From positions 640,001-704,000 of the forward strand of contig CAWIKF010000001.1 of the NCBI GenBank assembly GCA_963836755.1: a DNA stretch of 64,000 nucleotides, given 5' to 3'. Origin of the DNA: an uncultured Verrucomicrobiae bacterium (GTDB lineage: Bacteria > Verrucomicrobiota > Verrucomicrobiia > Chthoniobacterales > Chthoniobacteraceae). Every line of letters begins with the position of its first letter. The first letter of the stretch is position 1. Both the position numbers and the translations under genes were made by a program. Shown in pieces: positions 10,963 through 20,244 of the stretch. Below the pieces are notes generated by a model, which saw only the letters and a list, made by a program, of their open reading frames with translations, did not search any database and was not told where the DNA came from.

Positions 10963-12792
10963 TTGAACGCGGAAGCTTTCATCACGTGGGCGCTCGATTC
11001 ATCCCGCTCCACCGAGGAGCGCTACACGACGCTGCTGCTCGTCGAGCGCGGTGTCGATTTTTGGAACAGCCATCATAACACCGGCGTTTATCGAAACTGG
11101 TGCCAGCAAAGCGAGGAACAGCGCCAGCGTCGACTGAATCCCGCCTTTGATCCACGCTACTCGGAGGAGGACCTTGTGCGCGCGTGCGAGATGCTTCCAA
11201 AAATCAATACGTGGTATCACCACGGATACAGTCAGCGGCCGCTCCGCGACTTGACGGCCTTCGGATTCCTCACGGAAATGGAAAGCATGGGCATCAACAA
11301 CAGCGAAGTCACTGATCTCACGCCGCTGGCGAGGATCACTGCGCTTCACACGTTGGATTTTAGTAGCGCGTTTTGCGATGACTTCAGCCCGCTTGCGCGC
11401 TGCCTGGGCTTGCGCAATCTCAATCTTTCCATCGGTGTGCGATGGCCGGATGTCACCGGCCTCGAAGCACTGGAGGAGATCGAAACGCTCTCGCTCGTCG
11501 GCAATCTGCTCGCCTTCGCGCCCGGCGTGGCATGGCCCAACGTCCGGCGCGGCACGCTCGTGTGCAGTCCGCTTTGCGCGCGCAATGTCGATGCGCTCCC
11601 TTTTTTTCCACGGTGCGAATTCCTAACGCTCGCGGGCGTGGATCGTCTCGACGGCATCGAACGCTACGCACCGCGCCTGCGCAACCTCACGCTCACTGGC
11701 CCCGTTCGCAGCCTTGCGCCGCTCGCATCCTTGTCAAAACTGACCTGGCTTTCCTATGGGGGCGACCGTCCGCGCGACGTCTCACCGCTGGCGCGTCTGC
11801 CGCAGCTTCACGCCGTGATTTTCAGCGCCTCACCTGATTTCCAGCATCCCGCGAAGCCGCGCGATTACTGCCCGCTGGCAGCCGCGCCCGCCTTGCGGGA
11901 ACTCACCGTCCTCGGTTGTCCGCCCGTGGAAATGGAAGTCGCCGCCCTCAAGGCCGGCCTTCCGCCCTGCGATGATCTCTGGCTCGCGGAGTCGCCACGC
12001 TCCATCCCACCGCTGCGGTTCATTGTCGCTCCCACGAACAAAGCACCTCGGCGCGCCTCGCACCATCGCGCACCAGGCGAGCCGGATTTGGCCGATACCG
12101 GCGTCCGCACTTGCGAAGGCCTCTGGGTGAAGGACTACGCCGCCCGCATCGTTCGCGAACGTCTCGGCCATGACGAATGGGGCACCGTCACCGCCAATGG
12201 CGAGTTTCGCACCGTCATGGCCACCGTTGAGTCTTTCGACATCGTGGAAAAATTCCGCGAAATCGTCGAGGCCATCCGCTTCGTGCTCGCCAGCCTCCGG
12301 CACGACTATCATGCAAGCGTCATGATCGCCCTCCGCGTCCCGCCGCCCAAGGCGACTCCCGCGCAGCAACAACTCGAGGAACAATTTCGAAACGCCCAGG
12401 ACCGTGCCGACTTTGAGCAGCGCCAGCGCGACGATGCCGAGTATCTGGAAAAACTTCACCTCCACGAGCTCGCGCAGCAGGAGGGCGATCCCGTCAAACC
12501 CGAGGAATATGCCCCCGCCGACCCCGAGCCACCGCTCGTGCCTCCATGGGAACAAGAAGACGACGAGGAGGAAGATGACAGTCACAGCGGAGACATCGGC
12601 ATCGCCATTAAAAAGAAACCTGACCCTCCGCCATCCTGGTCCGACGACGAACATCCGCTCGCCGATAACTACCGCCTTCTGGCCACCCTCACTTTGGGCG
12701 AGCTATGGTGCCTCCCGCACCAACGCGACATCGCCCTCTATCTCATGCACCGCGCCCCCGACGAGGAAATCCCCGAGGAGCCAAAGCCTTAG
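10963..12792 (+). CDS. Leucine-rich-repeat protein with acidic C-terminal region
   Basis: Repeated DLTPLARI.AL..L / DVSPLARLPQL motifs; 609-aa ORF; TTG start uncertain. Confidence 0.7.
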   Translation: MNAEAFITWALDSSRSTEERYTTLLLVERGVDFWNSHHNTGVYRNWCQQSEEQRQRRLNPAFDPRYSEEDLVRACEMLPKINTWYHHGYSQRPLRDLTAFGFLTEMESMGINNSEVTDLTPLARITALHTLDFSSAFCDDFSPLARCLGLRNLNLSIGVRWPDVTGLEALEEIETLSLVGNLLAFAPGVAWPNVRRGTLVCSPLCARNVDALPFFPRCEFLTLAGVDRLDGIERYAPRLRNLTLTGPVRSLAPLASLSKLTWLSYGGDRPRDVSPLARLPQLHAVIFSASPDFQHPAKPRDYCPLAAAPALRELTVLGCPPVEMEVAALKAGLPPCDDLWLAESPRSIPPLRFIVAPTNKAPRRASHHRAPGEPDLADTGVRTCEGLWVKDYAARIVRERLGHDEWGTVTANGEFRTVMATVESFDIVEKFREIVEAIRFVLASLRHDYHASVMIALRVPPPKATPAQQQLEEQFRNAQDRADFEQRQRDDAEYLEKLHLHELAQQEGDPVKPEEYAPADPEPPLVPPWEQEDDEEEDDSHSGDIGIAIKKKPDPPPSWSDDEHPLADNYRLLATLTLGELWCLPHQRDIALYLMHRAPDEEIPEEPKP

Positions 12793-12961
12793 CGCAACGT
12801 TGGCGTAAGCTCCAGGACAAGCACTATCGCGGCAAGCGCGAGTAGAAGGGGATCGCCGCGACGGATAATTGTCTCACCGATACTCATAACGCATTGAGCA
12901 TGCGACAACGCAACGCCTGAACGCTGCCAGTCATATTCCAGCTTTGGCAGGAGAAAGCGAA

Positions 12962-12968
12962 GCCTAAC
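12962..12968 (-). other. attC R'-like core GTTAGGC (remnant)
   Basis: Minus strand CTTC-GTTAGGC, 18 bp after the stop of ORF 12987..13418. Confidence 0.35.
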
Positions 12969-12986
12969 GAAGCTAGGTCGTCGGAT

Positions 12987-13418
12987 TCATCGCAAATCTT
13001 GAGCTGAAACAGCAATTTCTCCTAAGTAGTTGCCGGCGGTATCACGGTAAACGTAATGCATCTCAACACCGTGGTCACGAAAACTGGCAAGTTGCGGACT
13101 AGTCTTATAACTGTTCACTACTGTCGGGCGTAATGCCTTGATGAGACCTTCTACATTGACTCCTTTGAATAAGACACCAGAAACCGTGTAGAGATACGTG
13201 AATCGCTTTCCTGGACCTGGCGATGTCGAATCGAGCCGCGTATATTTGTCGACTTGCATTGGTAGCTTCGCGTTGAGTTGCGATGATGTCTCCACGAGCG
13301 CACGATCAAAGGCTGTCTCGCGCTGGTGATCGAAATACGACTGCACTGCTACCTTGCCAATGACTATCCCAACTATGCCCGCGACTAATTTCACGCAACC
13401 AGATAGCCGAGCTTTCAT
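12987..13418 (-). CDS. Hypothetical membrane-anchored protein (cassette-like)
   Basis: N-terminal TM; LNAKLPMQVDKYTRLD..Y.Y and Y.YRD..G pattern; AT-richer than flanks. Confidence 0.75.
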   Translation of the reverse strand: MKARLSGCVKLVAGIVGIVIGKVAVQSYFDHQRETAFDRALVETSSQLNAKLPMQVDKYTRLDSTSPGPGKRFTYLYTVSGVLFKGVNVEGLIKALRPTVVNSYKTSPQLASFRDHGVEMHYVYRDTAGNYLGEIAVSAQDLR

Positions 13419-13442
13419 GTTAGCTGCATCGCATGGTTGCGC
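13419..13442 (-). other. Left half (R''-L'') of an attC-like site
   Basis: 20/24 identical to 59640-59663; minus strand GCGCAAC-catgc-GATGCAGC-TAAC abuts the ATG of the next gene. Confidence 0.6.
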
Positions 13443-13496
13443 GCGTCATGCCTGGACTGCAGCCGCTCCCGCGGACTTTTAGTGACCATCCGTGCT

Positions 13497-14540
13497 TTAC
13501 CACGAAGAAGTCATGAACGTTGCCGGTGCAGGCCACCTGGCCTTGTTCTCCTCGGAAGCTGCAAAGATCGCTTGCTTGGCCGTGAGTGCTTTGACCAAGG
13601 CCTCAAACTCCGCCCCACTTCCGGACATCTCCACCTTCCACTCGTCATCCTTTTCATCGGGAGCGGCTGGCATCTTTCGGGCATGGAGCTTCACGGCCCC
13701 GGACTCTGTCGAGATCAGTTGGAACTCAGTCGTTGCCCCTTCGACGTCCGGCAATTTCTTGGGCATTGCAAACGAGACAAGGGTGTGACGGAGAACGTCC
13801 TCATAAGTCTGCGTGCGCCACTCCTTCGAAAGAAGAGCCATGCCGCGTCTTCCCGACATTTCTACAATATCGAATGAAAGATTCCGATCGCCCTCGTAGA
13901 ACGTGGATGTGAGTAGCGAGCGTTCCCAACTGGTAAAACGCCTTTGCTGGAGAGAATAGGTCACTCGGAGATTTCCCATGTCAAAGATAAGCCTCGCAGG
14001 CGAGCCAGCCAGGCTGAGATCAAAATCCACACAGTGACCCTCGTGAATACGGATCAGATCGTTGGACTGCAATCCCGCCACATGGCCGGCCTTGATTTCG
14101 TTCGCTGCGAATTCATTGTCTGCCAGATTCCGATAATTACCATTTTTGCCCCGTTCGAACGCTTCTCCATATCCTCCGGAGCTGATGTGGTATTCGAGCA
14201 CGATATAGCGCGCATCATCGCTGATCGCCGCGTTCGTGATATAAGTCGCCGGCATCGCGAGAAAGGTTCTCTTTCCGGTTTTTCGATTGAGGATCCATGC
14301 CTCAGCCGGCTCGTGCACAACATCCGTATCTCCACGAAGCTCCACGATGATGTCTCCATTCTTGGACGCAACCTTGCTGAAAAGTTTTAGAGTCAGAGTA
14401 GGATCCGGCTCCGATTGCCCCGCTCCGGCAGGCATGGCCGCCACGAGGAATGCTACAACAAAAAGCACCACCGTGCCGGCAAAGCCGCGTGGCATACTCC
14501 ACGGGCCCGTGCCGACTTCCATCGCATTGCTAGGTCTCAT
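13497..14540 (-). CDS. Hypothetical exported protein
   Basis: 347-aa ORF with signal-peptide-like segment; start uncertain. Confidence 0.6.
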   Translation of the reverse strand: MRPSNAMEVGTGPWSMPRGFAGTVVLFVVAFLVAAMPAGAGQSEPDPTLTLKLFSKVASKNGDIIVELRGDTDVVHEPAEAWILNRKTGKRTFLAMPATYITNAAISDDARYIVLEYHISSGGYGEAFERGKNGNYRNLADNEFAANEIKAGHVAGLQSNDLIRIHEGHCVDFDLSLAGSPARLIFDMGNLRVTYSLQQRRFTSWERSLLTSTFYEGDRNLSFDIVEMSGRRGMALLSKEWRTQTYEDVLRHTLVSFAMPKKLPDVEGATTEFQLISTESGAVKLHARKMPAAPDEKDDEWKVEMSGSGAEFEALVKALTAKQAIFAASEENKARWPAPATFMTSSW

Positions 14541-14915
14541 GTTTGGAGATGAGTTTCCAGACGGAAGTCCGTGCGACCCTTCTTAATGAATGGGAAAAGG
14601 TTCGTTCCATAAACATCCGTCAAGGAAACGCCGAAGTTGGTTTCGAGCAGACTGATAAGATTCCGGTTGGTAGGTAAGCTTCTCGTGTAGCCGTAGGTGA
14701 CGCAATCCATGTCGAGGGGACCACGCAGCGAAAGATCAGAACTCCAGTCCTGAAGCATTACCATTATTCAGCATTAACATTCCCAGCAGTCTTTGTGTAG
14801 GGTGAGACATAGGGACATTCATAAGCACCATCATGGTAATCTCCGATGCCCTTGTAACCGGGCCACTTGGTTCGCTGCCGCTTCCTAGTTTTTTTAATTG
14901 TAGTCGTTTATCCAT
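14537..14915 (-). pseudogene. Frameshifted, truncated gene, possibly uracil-DNA-glycosylase-like
   Basis: Three frames join to MDKRLQLKKL..RQRTKWPGYKGIGDYHDGAYECPYVSPYTKTAGNVNAE/MVMLQDWSS..PTNRNL..VYGTNLFPFIK; family call from recognition only. Confidence 0.55.
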
Positions 14916-14953
14916 AAGTGCGTGAGGCACAGGCCTAGCAAGAAAAGCCCTCT

Positions 14954-15643
14954 CTACCCGCCGACCGTGATGCTCACCGGCTTACTCCAGACGCCGACCT
15001 GCGCGTCGCCGACGATGTAGATGCCGCGATAGGTCCACTTCGTGGGCGTGGCGGGCAGGGGGGTGGTGTCGGTGTAGCCGGCGGTGGTGTCGTTGGCTAG
15101 GAAGATGAAACCTTTGCCGTCGCGATCGACTTCGAGGCGGATCATATCGAGGAATTTGCTGTTCCCACCCCAGCCCCAGTCGAGGAAAACGGTGTTGCCT
15201 TTGAGGATGGCTTTAAAGTCTGGCTGGATGGTGGACAGATCGGGGCCGGTTTGCTCGGCGCCTTCCAGGCCAAGGATGATGCCAATGGCGGGAGTGTAGT
15301 TTTTGTGAGTCTTGATGGCATTTGCCAGCGCGAGGAAGCGGGTGAGGATGCCGGCGGGCACCGAGGGAGGGAAGGCAGCGTGCTTCACGGGGATGGCCGG
15401 TTCCGTGCCGCTTTGGCCCGAGAGAGCGAGGCCTTTCCAAGCTGTCCACTGCGGCCCGGCGGAGCCCATGGTTTTGGCAAAGGTGAGAAGTTCGCGGTAA
15501 TAGGTTGCATCGGCGGCCTGCTGGGTGACGTCGGCTGCCGCGAGATTGAAAAGGGCGACGTAGCCACCGATGTTGTCGCGGAATTGCTCGAATTCGGTCG
15601 CTTTGCCGTCTTCGGTGTCGGAGAGGAAGTAATGTTTGGGCAT
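14954..15643 (-). CDS. Uncharacterised protein: helical N-domain + C-terminal FN3/Ig-like domain
   Basis: 229 aa; C-terminal W..LEVDR..F.FLA.DT..Y.D..P..W.YR..Y..G.WS..VSITV pattern; no signal peptide. Confidence 0.8.
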   Translation of the reverse strand: MPKHYFLSDTEDGKATEFEQFRDNIGGYVALFNLAAADVTQQAADATYYRELLTFAKTMGSAGPQWTAWKGLALSGQSGTEPAIPVKHAAFPPSVPAGILTRFLALANAIKTHKNYTPAIGIILGLEGAEQTGPDLSTIQPDFKAILKGNTVFLDWGWGGNSKFLDMIRLEVDRDGKGFIFLANDTTAGYTDTTPLPATPTKWTYRGIYIVGDAQVGVWSKPVSITVGG

Positions 15644-15771
15644 AATTTAGGGTGTTCTGTTTTGTTCACTGCGGGTTTCTACCCGGGAAAAGCGGCCCCG
15701 CTGAGCGTATGCCAGCGAACAAAAGACGGTTTTCCAGAGTAAAGTGGTGTTTTTCCCCGTTCAAAGCCCGC

Positions 15772-15990
15772 TCCTTGGAGGTTCCAAGGATGACTGGTGA
15801 CGTTCCACGCACGTCCGTGGAGGTTCCAAGGAGATGCGTGCAGGTTCCATGGACATCCTTGGGACCTCCAGGAACATCCATGGGAACCGCCAGGAAGTCC
15901 GTGCAGGTCCCCCGCACGTCCGCGGACGTTGGAAAACTGCCCGTGGAAGTTCGAAGAATGCCTTGGCAAGCTCCAAGGACGTCCTTGGAG
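15772..15990. repeat. 21-bp tandem array #2 (10 degenerate units plus a partial)
   Basis: Units at 15772+21n, e.g. TCCTTGGAGGTTCCAAGGATG and TCCGTGGAGGTTCCAAGGAGA; unit 1 is the palindrome TCCTTGGA-ggt-TCCAAGGA. Confidence 0.85.
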
Positions 15991-16303
15991 AATGGAAGGA
16001 GCGCCCGATTTGCGCACAAAACGCCAGAAAACCGCGGCTTTGGAGAAAGCGTAGAAAGCGCACAAAAAGCCGCCAGTGGAGCCGCCAAACCGTGGGGAAC
16101 CTCGCATCGCGAAGACGTGCCTAACAAAAGCGCTTTCACGATGGCAAGCGAATTTTTAACTCTTGTTTAAATTCTTTTTTTTCGCCGATGCGGCGGACAA
16201 ATCTCCGATCCTCGCCTTTATATAATGCGAAAAAGTTGTGTGAAAGTTCGCCGGCACATCCCTCTCCACAAAGTCGCGGGAGAGCTATACGATGCGCGGC
16301 TCC

Positions 16304-17239
16304 ATGAAAAATCCGCTGGGAAAAATTGCCGTCGTCGGCGCGGGGGCGGTCGGCTGTTACTATGGCGCGAAGCTGGCGCGCGCGGGCGCTGAGGTGCATT
16401 TTTTGATGCGGAGCGATCTGGCGGCGGTGCGCGAAAATGGGTTGCAGATCCGGTCGCCGGACGGGGATTTTCTTTTGGAAAAAGTGCGCGCGCACGGCTC
16501 GACGGAGGAGATCGGGGCGAGCGATATCGTGCTGATCGCGCTGAAGGCGACGGCGAATGAGGCGCTCGAAAAACTGCTCCCGCCGCTGCTGCATGAGCGG
16601 ACGGTTTTGGTGACGTTGCAGAACGGGCTCGGCAACGAGGAGTTCCTCGCGGCGCGTTTCGGCGCGGAGCGGGTGCTCGGCGGCTTGTGCTTTGTTTGTT
16701 TAAATCGTGTTGACCACGGTGTGATCGCGCATTTCGGCCACGGGACGCTGTCGATCGGCGAATATGGCCGCGCGCCGCAGCCGCGCACGCGCGAGCTCGT
16801 CGCGGCATTTTGCGAGGCGGGCGTGGACGCGAAGGTTGTGGAAAACCTGATCACGGAGCGCTGGCGGAAGCTGGTCTGGAATATTCCTTTCAACGGCCTC
16901 GGCATTGCCGCGCGCGCCGATGTCGCGCAGGTGCTGGCCGATGACGGCTTGCAAAAGCTCGCGCGCGATTTGATGGCGGAAGTGATCGCGGCCGCGAATG
17001 CGCTCGGGCACACGATTCCGGCCGATTTCGCGGATTTTCAAATCGAGCGCAGCTGGCCGATGGGCGCGTATCATTCGTCGAGCCAGATCGATTTTGAAAA
17101 CGGCCGCGCGGTCGAGGTGGAAGCGATCTGGGGCGAGCCGCTGCGCCAGGCGCGCCGCGGCGGGACGGACGCGCCGCGTCTTGAAACGCTTTACGTTTTG
17201 CTGAAAAAGTTGACGCAGTCGCATGAACGCAACGCCTGA
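16304..17239 (+). CDS. panE: 2-dehydropantoate 2-reductase
   Basis: GAGAVG, LQNGLGNEE, WRKLVWNIPFN, SSQID, E.EAI.G. Confidence 0.9.
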   Translation: MKNPLGKIAVVGAGAVGCYYGAKLARAGAEVHFLMRSDLAAVRENGLQIRSPDGDFLLEKVRAHGSTEEIGASDIVLIALKATANEALEKLLPPLLHERTVLVTLQNGLGNEEFLAARFGAERVLGGLCFVCLNRVDHGVIAHFGHGTLSIGEYGRAPQPRTRELVAAFCEAGVDAKVVENLITERWRKLVWNIPFNGLGIAARADVAQVLADDGLQKLARDLMAEVIAAANALGHTIPADFADFQIERSWPMGAYHSSSQIDFENGRAVEVEAIWGEPLRQARRGGTDAPRLETLYVLLKKLTQSHERNA

Positions 17240-18020
17240 GTTTTCGCTCGAATCGCTGCCGGGGCCGGTGCGTGAATTTTCGCCGGAGTGGGGGATCGTG
17301 CTCGGTTCGGGGCTCGGCACGGTTGTTGAACAACTGCAGGTGCAGCAAACACTTTTATTCCAAAACGTTAACGGCTTGCCGCAGCCCGCGGTGTCGGGTC
17401 ACGGCGCGCGCTTTGTCTTTGCGGAGCTCGCCGGAAAGCGCGTGATGATCGCGCAAGGTCGCGTCCATCTTTACGAGGGGCATCCCGCGCGCGCGGTCGC
17501 GGCGGGTGTGCGCTTCATGCACGCGCTCGGCGTGTCGAAGCTGATCCTGACGAACGCGGCGGGCGCGGTGTCGCCGGCTTTCGGCGCGGGGCAATGGATG
17601 ATGCTGGCCGACCATCTCAATCTCACCGGCACGACGCCGTTGCTCGGCGGCGCGAACTTTTTCGACATGAGCGAGATTTATTCGCGCAGGCTGCGCACAG
17701 CCTTTGCGCAAGCGGCTCGCGAGGAAGCGATCGAATTGCACGAAGGGGTTTATGTCGGGATGCTCGGGCCGCAATACGAGACGCCGGCGGAGGTGCGCAT
17801 GCTGCGGAATTTCGGCGCGGATGCCGTCGGCATGTCCACCGTCATCGAGGCGATCCAGGCGCGCGCTTTGGCGATGGAAGTGGCCGGTTTCTCTTGTTTA
17901 ACAAATTGCGCAGCCGGTCTCGGCGATGGCGCGCTGCACCACGGCGAGGTGCTCGAGAATGCGTTGGCTGGCGCGGAAAAGTTTACGCGATTGCTGCGGC
18001 GCGGACTCGCGAAACTTTAA
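17223..18020 (+). CDS. punA: Purine-nucleoside phosphorylase (family 2)
   Basis: IVLGSGLG, QGRVHLYEG, TNAAG, GPQYETPAE, VGMST. Confidence 0.92.
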   Translation: MNATPEFSLESLPGPVREFSPEWGIVLGSGLGTVVEQLQVQQTLLFQNVNGLPQPAVSGHGARFVFAELAGKRVMIAQGRVHLYEGHPARAVAAGVRFMHALGVSKLILTNAAGAVSPAFGAGQWMMLADHLNLTGTTPLLGGANFFDMSEIYSRRLRTAFAQAAREEAIELHEGVYVGMLGPQYETPAEVRMLRNFGADAVGMSTVIEAIQARALAMEVAGFSCLTNCAAGLGDGALHHGEVLENALAGAEKFTRLLRRGLAKL

Positions 18021-18584
18021 TCCCAGCGCCGCGCGCGCGGCTCGCGATCCTTGACGGTCGCGTCGCTCGGCACTGTCACGAACGGCCCGCCTTCCAGCGG
18101 CGCGGCTTTTGTGAAAGCAACCTCGGGCACATCGCTTTCCTTGCCGGCGAGCGGGAAATCTTTGCGCAGCGGGTAAAACGGGATAACCGTCCCACATGAT
18201 GATGCGGCGCAGGTCGGGATGGCCGGCGAACGTGATGCCCATCATGTCGAAAACTTCGCGCTCGTGCCAGTTGGCGGTCGCCCAGATGTCGGACACGGTC
18301 GGCACCTCGAGCTCGTCTTCGGAGACGCTGATTTTCAGGCGCAGATGCAGGCCGGAAGCGAACGAATACAGTTCGTAAACAACCTGAAAACGCGGCTCTT
18401 CGCCGAAATTATCGACGCTGGAAATGTCCAGCAGGTAGTCAAAGCCGAGATCGATTTTGCAAAAACTGCAGACGTCGTGAATCAGCGCGCGGTCAACGAT
18501 GAGCGTCGTCTCGCCGCGAAATTCGACTTTGCCTTTGACCGGAAATTTGTCCGCGACAGAAGTCGCCACATCGGAAAGCGTCAT
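18017..18584 (-). CDS. nuoC: NADH-quinone oxidoreductase subunit C, +1 frameshift near 18181 (error or pseudogene)
   Basis: [25 protein letters not shown]; removing one base restores [12 protein letters not shown]...RRWD* ending at 18017; span is 3n+1. Confidence 0.88.
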
Positions 18585-19108
18585 GCGTTTAACTCCTCGA
18601 AAAGCGCGCGCTTTTGATCGCCGAGCGAAGTCTCGCCCTCGATCTTGCGCTGCAATCTCATCAGTCCGTCGAGCAGCGCCTCGGGCCGCGGCGGACATCC
18701 GGAAATGTAAACATCCACGGGCAAAAGCCGGTCGATTCCCTGCAGCACCGCGTAGCTGCGATACATGCCGCCGCTCGACGCGCACGCGCCCATCGCGATG
18801 CACCATTTCGGCTCCGGCATTTGATCCCAGATGCGTTTGACGGCGAGCGCCATTTTATAAGTGACCGTGCCGGCGACGATCATGACGTCGGATTGGCGCG
18901 GCGAAAAGCGCATCACTTCCGCGCCGAAACGAGCGATGTCGAAACGCGACGCGCCAGCAGCCATCAGCTCGATGGCGCAGCAGGCGAGGCCCATCGGCAT
19001 CGGCCAGAGCGAATTTTTGCGCATCCAATTGATCGCCGAGTCGACGCGCGTAAAAATCACGTTGCCCTCGATTTTCGAATCGTATGCCGCCGGTTGAATT
19101 TCCCGCAT
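18581..19108 (-). CDS. nuoB: NADH-quinone oxidoreductase subunit B
   Basis: [31 protein letters not shown]. Confidence 0.95.
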   Translation of the reverse strand: MREIQPAAYDSKIEGNVIFTRVDSAINWMRKNSLWPMPMGLACCAIELMAAGASRFDIARFGAEVMRFSPRQSDVMIVAGTVTYKMALAVKRIWDQMPEPKWCIAMGACASSGGMYRSYAVLQGIDRLLPVDVYISGCPPRPEALLDGLMRLQRKIEGETSLGDQKRALFEELNA

Positions 19109-19161
19109 GGGCAAAATCTAAAGCCGCTCCGAAACGCGGCAAGCCGATTTTGTGAAACTTT

Positions 19162-20022
19162 TCACGAGCGCGCTTCGGCGTGCGGAAAAAGTTCGCGCAA
19201 CTTTTCCGGCGATGCGCCATCTGCCCGCAGCGCGCGGAGGCTGAGAGCATCGTTTCTTTTTGCGAGCCGCTGTCCATCAACATCGCGGACGAGTGGACAA
19301 TGAAAAAATTTCGGCGGCGCAAAACCGAGCGCGTCGTAAAGCAGCAGCTGCCGAAAAGTCGAAGTCAGCAAATCTTCGCCGCGCACGACCTCGCTGATTT
19401 TCATCGCCGCATCGTCGGCGACGACCGCGAGTTGATAGGCGGGAATATCGTCTTTTCGCCAGACGATGAAGTCGCCGAAATCGCGCCCGGCAATTGCACG
19501 CTGCTCGCCGAGACGCTCGTCGAAAAAGTTCACCGTCTTTCCATCGGGCACGCGAAAACGCCAATTCACGCCGGCGGGAGAAAGCACTTTCGGTGTCACA
19601 TTTTTCGGCGGCCGGCACGTGCCGGGATACAGCGGCTCATCGTCAAATCCGGCGTGCTCATGCGGCGCGCCCAGCGCGTCCCGCACATCGCGCCGCGAGC
19701 AGGCGCACGGATAAATTAAGCCGCTGTCGCGCAACTTTTTCCACGTGTCCAAATAACTTCGTTCGCTCTGCAAATAAGGCGCATGCGGGCCGCCGATGTC
19801 TGGACCTTCATCCCATTCAAAACCGAACCAGCGCAAATCTTCCAAGATCGCAGCGCGAAAATCGGCGCGACATCGTGCGCGATCCAGATCCTCGATGCGC
19901 AGCAAAAGTTGGCCGCCGCGGGTGCGCGCACGTTCCTGCGCAATCCAAAAAGTTTGTGCGTGGCCGAGATGCAGAAATCCCGTCGGCGAAGGCGCAAGGC
20001 GGCCGCGATAAATCACGTGCAA
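19162..20022 (-). CDS. gluQ: Glutamyl-Q tRNA(Asp) synthetase
   Basis: GRLAPSPTGFLHLGH, LRIEDLD, YPCACSR, VVRGEDL, RLAKR; no anticodon-binding domain. Confidence 0.9.
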   Translation of the reverse strand: MHVIYRGRLAPSPTGFLHLGHAQTFWIAQERARTRGGQLLLRIEDLDRARCRADFRAAILEDLRWFGFEWDEGPDIGGPHAPYLQSERSYLDTWKKLRDSGLIYPCACSRRDVRDALGAPHEHAGFDDEPLYPGTCRPPKNVTPKVLSPAGVNWRFRVPDGKTVNFFDERLGEQRAIAGRDFGDFIVWRKDDIPAYQLAVVADDAAMKISEVVRGEDLLTSTFRQLLLYDALGFAPPKFFHCPLVRDVDGQRLAKRNDALSLRALRADGASPEKLRELFPHAEARS

Positions 20023-20062
20023 TTATCTCGGCGACAGCGGCGAGTTCAACCATGCTCTGCGC

Positions 20063-20239
20063 GTGTTTTCGCTGACGCGGCAGGAGCAAACTTTGATGGG
20101 CTGTGTGCTGCTTTCGCTCCTCATCGGCTCGGTCGTGCTGCATTTCCGTCACGCGCAAACCAAGCTGCCATCAGCTTCCGACGCGATTGCGACGGCAACT
20201 CCCGCGCCACAAATTCGCGATGTGCCCGATGAGCGCTGA
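20063..20239 (+). CDS. Small single-TM protein (58 aa), absent from the ORF track
   Basis: GTG start: MFSLTRQEQTLMGCVLLSLLIGSVVLHFRHAQ...DER*; fills the gluQ-acpS gap. Confidence 0.55.
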   Translation: MFSLTRQEQTLMGCVLLSLLIGSVVLHFRHAQTKLPSASDAIATATPAPQIRDVPDER

Positions 20240-20244
20240 AAAGT

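Noticed and set aside
17898..18806. 302-aa NuoC as computed
   Set aside because: Its N-terminus overlaps nuoB out of frame and its C-terminus results from the frameshift
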